Shown here in pieces: positions 11,701 through 23,409 of a DNA stretch of 64,000 nt. Each line of letters begins with the position of its first letter. The stretch's first letter is position 1. The DNA lies in the NCBI GenBank assembly GCA_017503375.1, contig JAFVTF010000009.1:31933-95932 (forward strand). Reading direction: 5' to 3'. The notes under the pieces are model-generated. The model was not told the DNA's origin, did no database searches, and saw nothing but the letters and a program-made list of their open reading frames with translations. The DNA is from Lentisphaeria bacterium (lineage in GTDB: Bacteria; Verrucomicrobiota; Lentisphaeria; Victivallales; UBA1829). The translations under genes were made by a program, and so were the position numbers.

Positions 11701-13138
11701 AAAGCGGAACGTGAACAGCCATCTGGTCACCGTCAAAGTCAGCATTGTATGCAGTACACACAAGCGGATGCAGACGGATTGCAGAACCTTCGATCAGAAT
11801 CGGTTCAAAAGCCTGAATACTGAGTCGGTGCAGTGTAGGCGCACGGTTCAGCATGACAGGATGTCCCTTGGTCACTTCTTCCAGAATATCCCAAACTTCG
11901 GCATCACCGCGTTCAATTGCCTTCTTTGCATTACGTACGGTATGGCAATGTCCGCGTCCTTTCAGATGACGGATAATAAAGGGTTCAAAGAGGGTCAGAG
12001 CCATCTTCTTGGGAAGACCGCACTGGTGAAGCTTCAGTTCAGGACCGACAACGATCACAGAACGTCCGGAGTAGTCAACACGTTTACCAAGCAAGTTCTG
12101 ACGGAAACGGCCCTGTTTACCTTTCAGCATTTCACTGAGGGATTTCAGAGGACGGTTTCCTGCACCGGTAACCGCACGGCCATGACGGCCATTGTCAAGC
12201 AATGCATCAACAGCTTCCTGAAGCATGCGCTTTTCATTCCGGATAATCACTTCCGGTGTACGGAGCTGAAGCAGATTTTTCAAGCGGTTGTTACGGTTGA
12301 TGACACGACGATAGAGGTCGTTCAAGTCAGATGTCGCAAAACGGCCGCCTTCCAATGCAACCAGCGGACGGAGGTCCGGCGGAATCACAGGAAGAACTTC
12401 CATGATCATCCATTCAGGACGGGAATTACTGTAAAGGAATCCTTCCACAAGACGGAGTCTGCGGGAAAGTTTTTTCCGTTCCGCTTTGTTATTGCGATCC
12501 TGAAGCTGAGCAGCCAGTTCACCGCGAAGCTGTTCCAGATCAATCTGGGAAAGCAATTCACGGATCGCAGGAGCACCCATATCTGCCTTGAAAGCACCAT
12601 CTTCATACTGTTCGCATGCCTGATAGTATTCTGTTTCATCCATGGGCTGACCAAGAGTCAGCGGAGTATCACCCGGATCTGTAACAACCCAGTTCTCATA
12701 ATAAATGATGCCTTCCAGCTTTCTTGCTGTAATATCAAGCATTGTAGCAATACGGCTGGGCATACACTTGAAGAACCAGATGTGAGAGACAGGAACAGCA
12801 AGTTCAATGTGTCCCATGCGTTCACGGCGGACTTTGCTCAAAGTAACTTCCACACCGCAACGGTCGCAGATGATACCTTTGTGCTTGATCCGTTTGTACT
12901 TTCCGCAGTTACATTCCCAGTCACGGGAAGGTCCGAAAATACGTTCACAGAACAAACCGCCTTTTTCCGGCTTCAAGCTTCTGTAATTGATCGTTTCCGG
13001 ATTCTTGATCTCTCCGTGACTCCAGGATCGGATCACTTCTGGAGAAGCCACTTTAATGACAACCGCTTCAAATGCGGATGTCTGAGACTGCGCGGATGTA
13101 TCCTTGCGGTCTCCGGGTACATAGCTGTTATCAATCAT
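8789..13138 (-). CDS. rpoC: DNA-directed RNA polymerase subunit beta'
   Basis: 1449 aa with the [12 protein letters not shown] catalytic motif and an N-terminal zinc-binding Cys cluster. The start overlaps the rpoB stop (ATGA). Confidence 0.98.
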   Translation of the reverse strand: MIDNSYVPGDRKDTSAQSQTSAFEAVVIKVASPEVIRSWSHGEIKNPETINYRSLKPEKGGLFCERIFGPSRDWECNCGKYKRIKHKGIICDRCGVEVTLSKVRRERMGHIELAVPVSHIWFFKCMPSRIATMLDITARKLEGIIYYENWVVTDPGDTPLTLGQPMDETEYYQACEQYEDGAFKADMGAPAIRELLSQIDLEQLRGELAAQLQDRNNKAERKKLSRRLRLVEGFLYSNSRPEWMIMEVLPVIPPDLRPLVALEGGRFATSDLNDLYRRVINRNNRLKNLLQLRTPEVIIRNEKRMLQEAVDALLDNGRHGRAVTGAGNRPLKSLSEMLKGKQGRFRQNLLGKRVDYSGRSVIVVGPELKLHQCGLPKKMALTLFEPFIIRHLKGRGHCHTVRNAKKAIERGDAEVWDILEEVTKGHPVMLNRAPTLHRLSIQAFEPILIEGSAIRLHPLVCTAYNADFDGDQMAVHVPLSGAAQLECKLLMLATNNIFSPANGKPIMTPTQDITLGSYYLTSEPQNPEKARAFRDLNEVLFALDLGHIKIHDAIRIPNPDYGVETVHGNSKDKFLLTTAGRCIFNSIWDKRLGFFNDVAKKKNLGKLIANAYKCIGHMATVEQLDRLKALGYKYATRSGLSISIADMVVPAKKNELISETRGEIDKLNEQFGKGVITNGERYHNIIDSWTKTSNAVAEALFRELEHVSRKEINPVYAMLDSGARGSKDQIRQLAGMRGLMAKPSGDIIERPILSNFREGLTVQEYFISTHGARKGLADTALKTADSGYMTRKLVDVAQDIICRCEDCGTMKGIWISAIVEGDQVMLPLKDRLIGRCSAQDIRDPIYDDGRLLVKAGEEFTPELAELVEKRNIQRVLIRSVLTCDVEHGVCVKCYGRNLATDKMAEIGDALGIIAAQSIGEPGTQLTMRTFHIGGTAVSKYQKPEITAKDDGTVRYENIRTVENSKGETVIVSKNGYIVIYDAEKAQAIAAKAQERARKEAEIIGAFYNESYDFLQDAIKECEIERYTAEVGAILHKKDNAKVKKGELIAVWDSSHLPIIAEDGGYVEWKDLIENVTLNRAVRGGNEELTVMPHREDLHPQIILKDAEGNVLSYYPLPAEAFVIAKKDQKVNKGMVLARVPRQQLKNKDITGGLPRVSELFEARTPKEVADIARINGFVEFGKVQRSRRQLIIRDPDTNEFEEHSIQLNKHLFVSKGDYVRKGAKLTGGSIVPSMILEVCGPQELQRYLVNEVQTVYRSQGVEINDKHIEIIIRQMMQKIVITKQGSTPFLEGEQVDKYDFQRENEKARANGGTPAEGEPVLLGITKASLETESFISSASFQDTTRILTDAATLGKTDWLRGFKENVITGHLIPAGTGTARYQAMYPEKLGEEIPVEFPEQDEDAEENVIADDETASELDEMFGDTIFDESEMGLSDDLRSSIDEANEEE

Positions 13139-16100
13139 TCTTCCGTTCCTCCGGATTTTTCATTCATAGGTATTTCAGAACGCTTCTCCGCACGGACATC
13201 AAGTGCGAGACTCTGCATTTCCTTCAGCAGAACGTTGAAGGATTCCGGTCTGCCGGTATCCAAAACGTTTTCACCTCTGACAATGGACTCATAAATCTTG
13301 GTACGGCCTGTGACATCGTCACTCTTGACCGTAAGCATTTCCTGCAGAGTATATGCTGCACCGTATGCTTCCAAAGCCCAGACTTCCATTTCCCCGAAAC
13401 GCTGTCCGCCATGCTGAGCTTTACCGCCCAACGGCTGCTGCGTAACAAGAGAGTACGGTCCGACAGAACGAGCGTGAATCTTGTTGGCAACCAAGTGGTC
13501 AAGCTTCAACATGTAGATCTGACCAGTCATAACACGCTGATCAAATTTTTCACCGGTACGTCCATCATAAAGATCTGTCTTACCATCATATTTCAATTCG
13601 CCATCCACTTCACGGAAGCCCCAGTGGAAATCTTCCCCTGTTTCATCCTTGATCTTGGCATTGGCCTGCTTCATCATATCCACAATCTGATTTTCATGGA
13701 CACCGTCAAACACGGGTGTTGCAACCTTGCAGCCAAGCATCTTCGCAGCCCAGCCCAAGTGGGTTTCAAGCACCTGTCCAACGTTCATTCGGGACGGCAC
13801 ACCAAGGGGGTTCAGAACAATATCAACAGGTGTACCGTCACTCATAAACGGCATGTCTTCCACAGGAACAATCTTCGCAACAATACCCTTGTTACCATGA
13901 CGTCCTGCCATCTTGTCTCCAACCTGAACTTTCCGCTTGGAGGCAATGTAGACTTTCACCTTGCTGATGGTTCCGGGATCTTCACCATCACCATTTTCCA
14001 AAGCATCAATGGATTCATCACGCTGTCTTTCAAAATCCTTGAAAGAGCCGCGGTAACCACTGATAATTTCATCAATCTTCTGCTTGATTTCGCAATCATC
14101 CATACGATAGGAATCATACTTTGCAGCAAGTTTATTGATTGATGCAGGAGTGACCTTGCGGTTTGCAGAAACCAGAATCACATCATCTTTTCCGGCAGAG
14201 GTATCATAAATCGCACAAGGCAGCTTCTGATCCTTCAATGCTTCAGAAAGTTTTTCTGTCATTTCAGTCAGCAGCTTGGTAAACTGTGTCTTGTAATGGT
14301 CTTTCGCCTGCTTGATCTGCTTTCTGCGCTCAGATTTCGTCATGGACTGACGTGTGGAATCCTTGGCATACTCAATGCGGACATCCATCACAACACCGCC
14401 CTTACCGCTGGGAACAACAAGACTGGAGTCTTTTACATCGGCAGCTTTTTCCCCGAAAATTGCACGGAGCAAACGTTCTTCAGGTGCCAACTCGGTTTCA
14501 GATTTCGGTGTGATCTTTCCAACCAGAATATCTCCGGGTTTGACTTCAGCACCAAGACGGATCACTCCATCCGGTCCGAGATTGCGCAGAGCACCGTCTC
14601 CCAGGTTCGGAATATCACGGGTGATTTCTTCCGGACCAAGTTTGGTGTCACGGCTGGTAATCTCAAATTCGTCAATATGGATACTGGTATATACGTCTTC
14701 TTTCACAAGACGTTCACTCAGCACAATAGCGTCTTCAAAGTTATAACCGCACCAGGACATAAATGCGACCTGAACGTTTTTACCGAGAGCAAGTTCTCCA
14801 TGATCAGTTGCAGCACCGTCAGCAATGGGATCTCCAATCTTAACCGTCTGACCGGTACGGACCAGAGGACGCTGGTTGACACAGGTTCCGGCATTACTGC
14901 GGAGGAATTTCACAAGACGGTACACTGTAGGATTCGGGTCCGCAGTTTCTTTGCGGTTCTTACCATCAGTGGTAACAACAACTTCATCTGCACAGACTTC
15001 AGCGACAATCCCTTCAGAAACGGAAGAAACCACTGCTCTGGAGTCAACTGCAACCTTCCTTTCCAATCCGGTTCCGACATACGGAGATTCGGTGATCATC
15101 AGAGGAACACCCTGTCTCTGCATGTTCGCACCCATCAATGCACGGTTAGCATCGTCGTGTTCAAGGAAGGGAACGCAACCTGCAGCAGCACTGACCAGCT
15201 GCTTCGGAGAAACGTCCATATACTGAACATCTTCCCGGGCACGTTCTGCAGAGTCACCTTCAAAACGGGTCATGACAGTGGGGTTGATAAACATGTTGTT
15301 TTCATCCAGAGGAGCATTCGCCTGGGCAATCACAAAACGTTCTTCTTTATCTGCTGTCAAATAATCAATTTCATCAAGAACTTTGCAGTTTTCAACCCTG
15401 CGGTACGGTGTTTCAAGGAAACCGAACTTGTTGATCCGCGCATAAAGAGAAAGAGAAGAGATCAAACCGATGTTCGGACCTTCAGGAGTTTCAATCGGAC
15501 AAATTCTTCCATAGTGACTGGAGTGAACGTCACGAACTTCAAATCCTGCACGCTCACGGCTCAAACCACCGGGACCAAGAGCAGAAAGACGACGCTTGTT
15601 GGTCAATTCAGAAAGCGGGTTGACCTGATCCATGAACTGGGAAAGCTGGTTTCTTGCAAAGAAATCACGGATCACACCGGCAAATGCCTTGTAGTTGATC
15701 AGAGTGTACGGTGTCATACGCTGAGGATCAGATGATGATCCCAGAGACATGCGTTCATGAACCAAACGTTCCATACGGAGCAAACCGATACGGCACTGAT
15801 TCTGCATCAATTCACCAACCGTTCTCACACGGCGGCTGCCCAAATGGTCAATATCATCGGTATGTCCACCGGTATTGCTGCGGAGCTTCATGAGCTGCTT
15901 TGTCGCCTCCATCAAATCAGTCTTATCAAGAATGCGGAGGTCTTCAGGAAGGGAAAGTCCCAAACGCTCATTCAATTTGAAACGGCCGACAGCACCAAGG
16001 TCATAACGCTTGCTGTCAAAGAACAACCTCTTGAGAAGCTGTTTTGAACTGTTGACATTGGCAGGATCGCTGGGACGCATCTTTCTGAGAATCTCCTTCA

Positions 16101-16989
16101 AAGCATCTTCAGGAGTTTTGGAGGGATCAGCTTCAAGACATTTGATCAGATATGAATCCCCATCAGGAATATATGCGAGTTCGACCTTGGATATTGCACA
16201 TTCCGACATTTTCTTGACGTCAGATTCGTTGAGCTGGATGAAGGCGGGCACAACGACATTTTCGTCAGCATCAAGCACAGGAGCAAATGTATAGTAATGA
16301 CCGATTTCCTCAGCTTTGAGCAGCTGGGCAGGAGTCATTGTCTTGACAGTATATGCAGCTTCGACCATATCCCGGTTTGTATCATAACCGATCGCACGCA
16401 GGAATGTGGTAATCAAGAATTTGCGGCGTCTGCGCTTTCTGTCGAGATAAATATAAATGTTATCGTTGATATCAAACTGGACTTCCATCCAGGAACCACG
16501 ATCAGGAATAATTCTGTATGAATAAAGGGTACGTCCACTGGAATGTCTGGTTTTTTCATAGCAAATACCAGGCGATCTGTGGAGCTGACTGATAATAACA
16601 CGTTCAGCGCCGTTGATGATAAAAGTCCCGTGTTCAGTCATCATGGGGATTTCGCCAATGGGAACTTTTTCTTCAACGATGGCATCTTTATTTTTGAAAC
16701 GGAAATTGACTTCGAGAGATGCACTGTAATTCTTTCCGCCCTTGATGCAGTCAATTACATCCGTCTTCGGCTGTCCGAGTTCGTAAGAGATAAACTCAAG
16801 GACCATCTGTTTATCATAGTTTTCAATGGGAAATATTTCATTGAAAACTTCCTGCAGGCCCTGGTTGACACGCTGTTCGGGAGGAGTGTCGAGCTGTAGA
16901 AACGTTTTGTAGGAATCGACCTGTATGCCGATCAGATCGGGGATTTCCAAGACGTCTTTCAATTTTCCGAAATTTACACGTTCTGGCAT
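13135..16989 (-). CDS. rpoB: DNA-directed RNA polymerase subunit beta
   Basis: 1284 aa with the rifampicin-cluster region ([34 protein letters not shown]) and [12 protein letters not shown]. Confidence 0.98.
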   Translation of the reverse strand: MPERVNFGKLKDVLEIPDLIGIQVDSYKTFLQLDTPPEQRVNQGLQEVFNEIFPIENYDKQMVLEFISYELGQPKTDVIDCIKGGKNYSASLEVNFRFKNKDAIVEEKVPIGEIPMMTEHGTFIINGAERVIISQLHRSPGICYEKTRHSSGRTLYSYRIIPDRGSWMEVQFDINDNIYIYLDRKRRRRKFLITTFLRAIGYDTNRDMVEAAYTVKTMTPAQLLKAEEIGHYYTFAPVLDADENVVVPAFIQLNESDVKKMSECAISKVELAYIPDGDSYLIKCLEADPSKTPEDALKEILRKMRPSDPANVNSSKQLLKRLFFDSKRYDLGAVGRFKLNERLGLSLPEDLRILDKTDLMEATKQLMKLRSNTGGHTDDIDHLGSRRVRTVGELMQNQCRIGLLRMERLVHERMSLGSSSDPQRMTPYTLINYKAFAGVIRDFFARNQLSQFMDQVNPLSELTNKRRLSALGPGGLSRERAGFEVRDVHSSHYGRICPIETPEGPNIGLISSLSLYARINKFGFLETPYRRVENCKVLDEIDYLTADKEERFVIAQANAPLDENNMFINPTVMTRFEGDSAERAREDVQYMDVSPKQLVSAAAGCVPFLEHDDANRALMGANMQRQGVPLMITESPYVGTGLERKVAVDSRAVVSSVSEGIVAEVCADEVVVTTDGKNRKETADPNPTVYRLVKFLRSNAGTCVNQRPLVRTGQTVKIGDPIADGAATDHGELALGKNVQVAFMSWCGYNFEDAIVLSERLVKEDVYTSIHIDEFEITSRDTKLGPEEITRDIPNLGDGALRNLGPDGVIRLGAEVKPGDILVGKITPKSETELAPEERLLRAIFGEKAADVKDSSLVVPSGKGGVVMDVRIEYAKDSTRQSMTKSERRKQIKQAKDHYKTQFTKLLTEMTEKLSEALKDQKLPCAIYDTSAGKDDVILVSANRKVTPASINKLAAKYDSYRMDDCEIKQKIDEIISGYRGSFKDFERQRDESIDALENGDGEDPGTISKVKVYIASKRKVQVGDKMAGRHGNKGIVAKIVPVEDMPFMSDGTPVDIVLNPLGVPSRMNVGQVLETHLGWAAKMLGCKVATPVFDGVHENQIVDMMKQANAKIKDETGEDFHWGFREVDGELKYDGKTDLYDGRTGEKFDQRVMTGQIYMLKLDHLVANKIHARSVGPYSLVTQQPLGGKAQHGGQRFGEMEVWALEAYGAAYTLQEMLTVKSDDVTGRTKIYESIVRGENVLDTGRPESFNVLLKEMQSLALDVRAEKRSEIPMNEKSGGTEE

Positions 16990-17164
16990 AGATTCACCTT
17001 GCTAAAGAGTTCAAGAAGTGCTGCTTCATATTAAAAATCATATTAATCCGCCTTCAACATCCGATTAATACGACAAACCCCCGGGAAACATTCCACAGGG
17101 TTTTCAGGACATTTTTTACGTCTCAAATTGCTTGCAAAAGACTGTCCCGTAATTTGAGACACCG

Positions 17165-17201
17165 AACGGCGGTAAGCACTCTTACAGAGTCTACCGCCGT
17201 T
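17165..17201 (-). promoter_or_regulatory. 10-bp-stem hairpin in the rplL-rpoB spacer (attenuator or processing-site candidate)
   Basis: AACGGCGGTA-N17-TACCGCCGTT lies just downstream of the rplL stop. A second stem (TCTCAAATT...AATTTGAGA) follows. The position matches the known rplL-rpoB attenuator region of other bacteria. Confidence 0.4.
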
Positions 17202-17222
17202 TGGTTGTAAGACAAAATCAAA

Positions 17223-17624
17223 TTACTTGACTTCGACTTTAGCTCCTGCAGCTTCAAGGGTTTCCTTGATCTTCTGAGCTTCTTCCTTGGAGACGCCTTC
17301 CTTGACGTTCTTCGGGCAGCCATCAACGAGATCTTTGGCATCTTTCAGACCGAGACCAGTGATAGCACGGACTTCTTTGATAACATTGATCTTGCTTGCG
17401 CCGGCATCTGCCAGAACAACAGTGAATTCGGTCTGTTCTTCAGCAGCTGCAGCGGGAGCTGCACCAGCTGCGGGAGCTGCAGCAACTGCAACAGGAGCAG
17501 CTGCGCTGACACCGAGACGATCTTCGAGGGCCTTAACCAACTTGGAGAGTTCGAGAACGGAGAGCTTCTCGACGTAGGAGATAAACTGCTCCATTTCAGC
17601 AGTGAGTTCGACGTTTTCAGACAT
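17223..17624 (-). CDS. rplL: 50S ribosomal protein L7/L12
   Basis: 133 aa with an Ala-rich hinge and [23 protein letters not shown]. Confidence 0.97.
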   Translation of the reverse strand: MSENVELTAEMEQFISYVEKLSVLELSKLVKALEDRLGVSAAAPVAVAAAPAAGAAPAAAAEEQTEFTVVLADAGASKINVIKEVRAITGLGLKDAKDLVDGCPKNVKEGVSKEEAQKIKETLEAAGAKVEVK

Positions 17625-17639
17625 TGTAATGTCCTCCTA

Positions 17640-18167
17640 TTATTTTGCTTCTTCGAGTTTGTTTTTGTATGCGTTGATGACGTTGATGATGCTTCCAGCC
17701 TTTGCGCTGAGGACACGGACGAGACCGGTCGGGACAGCGTTGAGGAGACCGAGCAACTGAGCCCGGAGAGCATCTTTGGAGGGCAGATCAGCGATAGCCT
17801 TGATTTCTGCCGCACTCAACATCGCGCCCTCAAAGTAACCGCACTTCGGGGCAAGAACTTCCTTAGTGGAAGCTGTAAATTCAGTAATGACTTTTGCAAC
17901 TGCACTTGCATCACCATTTCCGACAACAACAGCTGTGTCACCGGTGATCTTGGTGTTGGCAAGAGCTTCAAGTCCATTCAGTTCCGCAACCTTGCGAACA
18001 ACACGGTTCTTGAGAACGTGGCAGTTTGCACCGGCAGCATAAAGCTTGTCGCGGAAATTATTCATCTCTGCAGTGCTGAGACCTTTGTAGGAGACGAAAT
18101 AAACAAAATCAGAACTTGTCAGCATGGCAGCGATATCGTTACCGATCTGGATCTTTTCCTGTCTCAT
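17640..18167 (-). CDS. rplJ: 50S ribosomal protein L10
   Basis: 175 aa, L10-like. Sits between rplA and rplL, and its start overlaps the rplA stop by 4 nt. Confidence 0.93.
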   Translation of the reverse strand: MRQEKIQIGNDIAAMLTSSDFVYFVSYKGLSTAEMNNFRDKLYAAGANCHVLKNRVVRKVAELNGLEALANTKITGDTAVVVGNGDASAVAKVITEFTASTKEVLAPKCGYFEGAMLSAAEIKAIADLPSKDALRAQLLGLLNAVPTGLVRVLSAKAGSIINVINAYKNKLEEAK

Positions 18168-18874
18168 TTCTGCTCCTTCATGTAGTCACGCACATCGACC
18201 TTGATGCCGGGAGACATCGTGGAAGAGATTGTGCAGGTCTGAATGTAAACACCTTTTGCGGATGCGGGTTTTGCCTTCACAAGAGCCTGAATGACAGCAC
18301 CGCAGTTTTCTGCGAGGTCTTCAGCAGCGAAGGAAAGTTTTCCGACAGGGACCTGAACACAAGCGCCTTTGTCAGCGCGGAATTCAACACGTCCTGCCTT
18401 TGCTTCTGCAACTGCATTACCGACTTTGTCTGTTACTGTACCGGTCTTGGGGTTCGGCATAAGTCCTTTGGGACCCAGCTGACGTCCGAGAGGACGTACC
18501 TTACCCATTGCTGCCGGAGATGCGATCAGCACGTCGAAATCGACCCAGCCGCCCTTGATTTTTTCGATGAGATCGTCGAAACCGACAAAGTCTGCACCGT
18601 TTGCAAGAGCATCCTGTTTGAGCTGTTCGTCATCAGTAATGACAGTAACAACAACTTTTTTTCCTGTTCCCTTCGGAAGGGGAACAGCGCCTCTGACGGT
18701 CTGGTCAGTCTGCTTGGGGTCGACACCGAGTTTGAACGCGATTTCGACTGTCTGGTCAAATTTGACCGCAGGCATAGCCTTCAACGTCTTGAGGGCGTCC
18801 AGAACGTTCAGCACGGCATTCTTGTCGAATGTTGCGAGCTGTGCTCTGTAGAGTTTACTTCTCTTAGCCATCAA
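18164..18874 (-). CDS. rplA: 50S ribosomal protein L1
   Basis: 236 aa, [24 protein letters not shown]...[14 protein letters not shown]. Confidence 0.97.
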   Translation of the reverse strand: MMAKRSKLYRAQLATFDKNAVLNVLDALKTLKAMPAVKFDQTVEIAFKLGVDPKQTDQTVRGAVPLPKGTGKKVVVTVITDDEQLKQDALANGADFVGFDDLIEKIKGGWVDFDVLIASPAAMGKVRPLGRQLGPKGLMPNPKTGTVTDKVGNAVAEAKAGRVEFRADKGACVQVPVGKLSFAAEDLAENCGAVIQALVKAKPASAKGVYIQTCTISSTMSPGIKVDVRDYMKEQK

Positions 18875-19292
18875 TCACCTCAACTCCCATGCTGCGTGCA
18901 GTACCAGCGATAATTTTGATCGCGGCCTCTTCACTGCGGGCGTTGATATCGTCCTTCTTCGTCTGAACGATCTGCTTGATCTGGGAGAGCGTAATCTTTC
19001 CGGCGCTTTCGCGTCCGGGAGTTTTAGCTCCAGATGCAAGACCAGCAACCTTCTTGATCAGAACAGCTGCCGGGGGGGATTTCGTTACGAACGTAAAGGA
19101 GCGATCCTGGTAGACGCTAATCACCACGGGAATAACCATTCCCGCCTGGGACTGTGTGGCGGCATTGAATTCTTTACAGAAACCCATGATATTGACACCA
19201 GCCTGACCAAGAGCGGGACCCACGGGGGGTGCCGGATTGGCTGCGCCGGCGGGAATCTGCAAACGGATAACCGCTGTCACCTTTTTCGCCAT
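18864..19292 (-). CDS. rplK: 50S ribosomal protein L11
   Basis: 142 aa, [35 protein letters not shown]. Confidence 0.97.
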   Translation of the reverse strand: MAKKVTAVIRLQIPAGAANPAPPVGPALGQAGVNIMGFCKEFNAATQSQAGMVIPVVISVYQDRSFTFVTKSPPAAVLIKKVAGLASGAKTPGRESAGKITLSQIKQIVQTKKDDINARSEEAAIKIIAGTARSMGVEVIDG

Positions 19293-19393
19293 TTGTTCCT
19301 CCGTTTCCGTAAACGTGGTTGGAAAGGCAGGGCTTCTCCCGCGTTTACGACGTATGTTTTATTATCAGTCTTACCGAACGGGTGCAGTAAAAA

Positions 19394-19978
19394 TTACTGT
19401 TCGCGTTCGACCTGCCAAGACTCTGCTTCCACAGGGGTGGAACGGCCGAAGATGGTTACATCCAATTCGAGCTTTCCATGTTCGCCGTCAATTTTTGTAA
19501 TAACGCCTTCAAAGTTTTCGAAGGCACCTTCAATAATCCGGACGCGTTCGCCGACTTCGTATTCGATTTTGGGTTTGGCTTCTGCGCTGGAGTCGTTTAC
19601 TGCAGTCTGACGGAGAATATCATCCACTTCATTCTGCGTAAGGGGTACAGGACGTTCAGGAGTACCTCCAAGGAAACCGATTACCCCCTGAATTCCGCGG
19701 ATAAAATACCAGACATCTTCATTGAGGGAACCGTCTTCTTTGTAAAGTTCCATTCTCACAAGAACATAACCGGGGTAAAATTTCCGGTCGATTTTTCTCT
19801 GTCCGCCGCCTTTTTTATGTTCGACGATTCGTTCAGTAGGAATAAGGACTTCATAAACAGGAAGAGATTTTTCTTCTGTCTGAAGGGCAGCCAGAATATT
19901 TTCTCTGACTTTATTTTCGCGGCTAGAGAGGGCATGCAGCACAAACCATTGTCCGACATTTCTATCCATGATAATCAA
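19394..19978 (-). CDS. nusG: transcription termination/antitermination factor NusG
   Basis: WFVLHALSSRENKV (NGN domain) plus a C-terminal KOW (GERVRIIEGAFENFEGVI). Alternative start at 19969. Confidence 0.93.
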   Translation of the reverse strand: MIIMDRNVGQWFVLHALSSRENKVRENILAALQTEEKSLPVYEVLIPTERIVEHKKGGGQRKIDRKFYPGYVLVRMELYKEDGSLNEDVWYFIRGIQGVIGFLGGTPERPVPLTQNEVDDILRQTAVNDSSAEAKPKIEYEVGERVRIIEGAFENFEGVITKIDGEHGKLELDVTIFGRSTPVEAESWQVEREQ

Positions 19979-19998
19979 TGCTCCCGGTATATGGCCGA

Positions 19999-20196
19999 TT
20001 AAAGTTTAATGATGCCTTTGACGATGTGGAAGAGGATTTGATCCACGCCCGCAACAAAGATGGAAGTCACAGCCAGCGCAACGATAACGAGGATGGTGGA
20101 TTCGAGGAGCTGACTCTTTTCGGGCCAGGTACATTTTGCCATTTCATCCATAGTTTCAGCGATAAAAGCTCTTGTTTTAGAGAACCATCTGCTCAT
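19999..20196 (-). CDS. secE: preprotein translocase subunit SecE
   Basis: 65 aa with a single C-terminal TM helix, in the conserved position between tRNA-Trp and nusG. Confidence 0.85.
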   Translation of the reverse strand: MSRWFSKTRAFIAETMDEMAKCTWPEKSQLLESTILVIVALAVTSIFVAGVDQILFHIVKGIIKL

Positions 20197-20232
20197 GGTC
20201 CTGCTCCTTCCATAAAATAAGTTAAAAAAAAA

Positions 20233-20308
20233 TGGCAGGGGCTGAGAGGCTCGAACTCACGACCTGCGGTTTTGGAGACCGCTGCTCTACCAACTGAGCT
20301 AAACCCCT
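20233..20308 (-). tRNA. tRNA-Trp (anticodon CCA)
   Basis: Hand-folded 76-nt cloverleaf: acceptor AGGGGTT/AGCCCCT, D arm GCTC-AGTTGGTA-GAGC, anticodon arm GCGGT-CTCCAAA-ACCGC, T loop TTCGAGC. The 3' CCA is encoded. Confidence 0.9.
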
Positions 20309-20329
20309 GCGGGAAAGGAAACCGAGAAC

Positions 20330-20479
20330 TTACTTGGTTTCCTTGTGAACTGTGCGCTTGCGGTCGAACTTACAGAATTTCACTTTTTCCAAACGACCGG
20401 GAGTATTTCTTTTTTCCTTGGTCGTGGTGTAATTCCGACGTTTGCACTCAGTGCATTCAAGTGTAATGATCTCACGCAT
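20330..20479 (-). CDS. rpmG: 50S ribosomal protein L33
   Basis: 49-aa ORF, below the track cutoff and translated by hand: [49 protein letters not shown]. Sits in the canonical tuf-rpmG-tRNA-Trp-secE position. Confidence 0.9.
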   Translation of the reverse strand: MREIITLECTECKRRNYTTTKEKRNTPGRLEKVKFCKFDRKRTVHKETK

Positions 20480-20549
20480 AATATCTGATTCCAGTTACAA
20501 CCGGGAAGCGGCAGTTTTGAGGCTGCCGCCTTGATCCCGGAAGTTTCAA

Positions 20550-21758
20550 TTACTTCACGATTTCGGTAACACGACCGGAAGCAACTGTACGTCCGCCTTC
20601 GCGGATAGCGAAGCGCTGGGTCTTTTCCATAGCGATAGGAGCGATCAATTCGACATTGATTGTGACCTTATCGCCGGGCATGACCATTTCAACGCCTTCC
20701 TGCAGTTTGATGATACCGGTAACGTCTGTTGTTCTGAAGTAGAACTGAGGACGATAGTTGGAGAAGAACGGGCTGTGACGTCCGCCTTCTTCTTTGGAAA
20801 GGACGTAGATTTCAGCGGTGAATGTGGTATGAGGAGTGATGGAAGCGGGCTTAGCAAGAACCTGTCCGCGTTCGACTTCTTCCTTCTTGGTACCACGGAG
20901 AAGACATCCGATATTGTCACCAGCCTGACCTCTGTCGAGTTCTTTACGGAACATTTCGACACCGGTGATGGTGGTTTTGCCGGTTTCTTTCATACCGACG
21001 ATTTCGACAGCGTCACCAACTTTAACTTCGCCGCGTTCGACACGACCGGTAACAACTGTACCACGACCTTCGATGGAGAAGACGTCTTCGATCGGCATCA
21101 GGAAGGGCTTGTCTGTTTCGCGTTCCGGTTCCGGAACCCAGCTGTCGATAGCATCCATCAGATCCTGAATGCAGTTACATTCGGGGGTGGAGGGATCGGT
21201 AGCCTGGAGTGCGGGATATGCAGCACCGCGGACGATGGGGGTGTTGTCAGCATCAAAGTCATATTTGCCGAGGAGTTCGCGAATTTCCATTTCGACAAGG
21301 TCGAGGAGTTCGGGATCGTCGACGAGGTCAACTTTGTTCAAGAAAACAACGATACGGGGAACACCGACCTGTTTTGCGAGAAGGATGTGTTCACGGGTCT
21401 GGGGCATGGGACCGTCGACTGCGGAAACAACGAGGATAGCACCGTCCATCTGAGCAGCACCGGTGATCATGTTTTTGACATAGTCAGCATGGCCGGGGCA
21501 GTCAACGTGAGCATAGTGACGGGTTGCTGTCTGGTATTCGACGTGGGATGTTGCGATTGTCAGAATCTTGGTAGCGTCACGACGACCCTTGGATTCGGAA
21601 GCTTTAGCAACCTGGTCGTAGGGGATGTAATCCGCAAGACCTTTGAGGTTCTGGACATGGGTGATTGCCGCTGTCAAAGTTGTTTTACCATGGTCGACGT
21701 GACCGATTGTACCAACGTTGACGTGGGGTTTTTCTCTGTTAAATTTCTCTTTTGCCAT
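20550..21758 (-). CDS. tuf: elongation factor Tu
   Basis: 402 aa with [17 protein letters not shown] and NKVD. The switch-I region is atypical (see findings). Confidence 0.97.
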   Translation of the reverse strand: MAKEKFNREKPHVNVGTIGHVDHGKTTLTAAITHVQNLKGLADYIPYDQVAKASESKGRRDATKILTIATSHVEYQTATRHYAHVDCPGHADYVKNMITGAAQMDGAILVVSAVDGPMPQTREHILLAKQVGVPRIVVFLNKVDLVDDPELLDLVEMEIRELLGKYDFDADNTPIVRGAAYPALQATDPSTPECNCIQDLMDAIDSWVPEPERETDKPFLMPIEDVFSIEGRGTVVTGRVERGEVKVGDAVEIVGMKETGKTTITGVEMFRKELDRGQAGDNIGCLLRGTKKEEVERGQVLAKPASITPHTTFTAEIYVLSKEEGGRHSPFFSNYRPQFYFRTTDVTGIIKLQEGVEMVMPGDKVTINVELIAPIAMEKTQRFAIREGGRTVASGRVTEIVK

Positions 21759-21873
21759 TTCTTCCTCCTTAATTCGGTGACTCTATGGCCCTGTTTGTTT
21801 ACGTTTATTGTTAACGTTCGTTATTGTTATTGTTTTCTTTTATCTTTGCAGCCAGTCTCCGAATGGAGAAAAC

Positions 21874-21949
<76 letters not shown>

Positions 21950-22006
21950 ATATTTTTCTCAGCCACACCCATCCATGCAAGCACAAAGGGTGCGCGATAT
22001 TGTAGT

Positions 22007-22034
22007 AATATAATACCATTTTTCAATATGTCAA
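22007..22034 (-). promoter_or_regulatory. sigma70-like promoter for tRNA-Thr-tuf
   Basis: The minus strand reads TTGACA-N16-TATATT, about 60 nt upstream of tRNA-Thr. Confidence 0.45.
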
Positions 22035-22179
22035 ATGAAAAAATCGTTTTTTTTTGCATTTTTTTCAAAAAAAATTTTAAAACCACTTGATTTTCGGCAA
22101 ATAACCATTAGATTTCTTTAAAATCAAGTTTGCTGAAGTGTGCAATCTGCACTCCGGCAACGTTATCATATAATATAAC

Positions 22180-23409
22180 ATGAAAACTGGAGAAAGTCAA
22201 ATGCTGATGCAAGAATCTTTCCGTTGGTACGGTCCGAATGACCAGGTTCCGCTCTCTTATATCCGTCAAACCGGAGCGACTGGAGTTGTCAGTTCCCTGC
22301 ACCATATTCCTTACGGGGAAGTCTGGACCGAAGAAGAGATCCTTTCTTATAAGAAGAAGATAGAAGATGCCGGACTGATCTGGAACGTTGTTGAAAGTCT
22401 TCCTGTTCATGAAGATATCAAAGTCCGTTCCGGCCGTTACCTTGAGTATATTGAAAACTACAAGATCAGCCTCCGCAACCTCGGAAAATGCGGGGTAAAA
22501 GTCATTACCTACAACTTTATGCCTGTTCTTGACTGGGTTCGTACAGATCTTCATTACAAACTTCCTGATGGGAGTGAAGCATTATTCTACAATCAGAAAC
22601 AGTTTGCCGCTTTTGAAATTTTCATTCTCAAGCGTGAAGGAGCAGAAGCCGATTACACACCGGAAACCGTGGCAAAAGCGAAGGCTTACTATGACAGCAT
22701 GAGTGAATCTGAACGTGACACGCTGACACGCGGAATTATTGACAATTTCCCCGGATTCAAGGGTGTTACGCTTGAAGATGTCCGCAGCATGCTTGCCCGT
22801 TACAAGACAATGACCCGTGAAGATCTTGAAGCGAATTTGCGTTATTTTCTTTCCGAAGTTGTACCTGTCGCGGAAGAAGCCGGCTGTATCATGGTGATTC
22901 ACCCGGACGATCCTCCGCGTTCCATTCTCGGTCTGCCCAGAATTTTCAGCAATCTGGAAGATATTCATAATCTTCTTGCGATGCAGGACAGTCCTGCGAA
23001 CGGAATTTGCTTCTGTTCCGGAAGTTTCAGCGGCAGACGTGATAACGATATTGTAAAAATGTTCAAAGCCTGCGCACCGCGAGTCGGTTTCCTGCACATG
23101 AGAAGTACGCAGCATGATGATGAAGGCAACTTCTTTGAAGCGAACCATCTGGAAGGCAGCGTTGACATGTTTGAACTGATGAAAGCAGTCTGTGAAGAAC
23201 AGATCCGCCGGAAAGCGGAAGGCAGAGCTGACTGGCAGATTCCGATGCGTCCTGACCACGGACATGTTATGATGGACGATTTGGAAAAGCCTGCTGTTGC
23301 CAACCCCGGCTACACAGCGATCGGCCGTATGAAAGGTCTTGCCGAATTGCGCGGACTTGAATTTGGAGTTTTGAAAGCCTATCATCCGGAAATTCTGAAA
23401 GAACTCTGA
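22180..23409 (+). CDS. uxuA: mannonate dehydratase
   Basis: Colinear with E. coli UxuA as recalled: FRWYGPNDQVPLSYIRQTGATGVVSSLHHIPYGEVW, YNFMPVLDWVRTDL, HPDDPPRSILGLPRI, PMRPDHGH. Alternative start at 22201. Confidence 0.92.
   Translation: MKTGESQMLMQESFRWYGPNDQVPLSYIRQTGATGVVSSLHHIPYGEVWTEEEILSYKKKIEDAGLIWNVVESLPVHEDIKVRSGRYLEYIENYKISLRNLGKCGVKVITYNFMPVLDWVRTDLHYKLPDGSEALFYNQKQFAAFEIFILKREGAEADYTPETVAKAKAYYDSMSESERDTLTRGIIDNFPGFKGVTLEDVRSMLARYKTMTREDLEANLRYFLSEVVPVAEEAGCIMVIHPDDPPRSILGLPRIFSNLEDIHNLLAMQDSPANGICFCSGSFSGRRDNDIVKMFKACAPRVGFLHMRSTQHDDEGNFFEANHLEGSVDMFELMKAVCEEQIRRKAEGRADWQIPMRPDHGHVMMDDLEKPAVANPGYTAIGRMKGLAELRGLEFGVLKAYHPEILKEL

Noticed and set aside
9029-15735. Long plus-strand ORFs (406, 527, 356 and 479 aa) antisense to rpoC and rpoB. 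Similar ones lie antisense to tuf (20775-21938), rseP (27801-29663), the GH78-like gene, nhaC (54271-55428) and recJ (55960-57051).
   Set aside because: All lie opposite strongly supported conserved genes and have non-protein-like composition. They show the same shadow-ORF phenomenon. The pattern says something about codon bias, not about extra genes.
17440-17520. Tandem-like GCAGC/GCTGC repeats on the DNA
   Set aside because: They encode the Ala-rich flexible hinge of L7/L12 ([21 protein letters not shown]), which is a normal feature of rplL.
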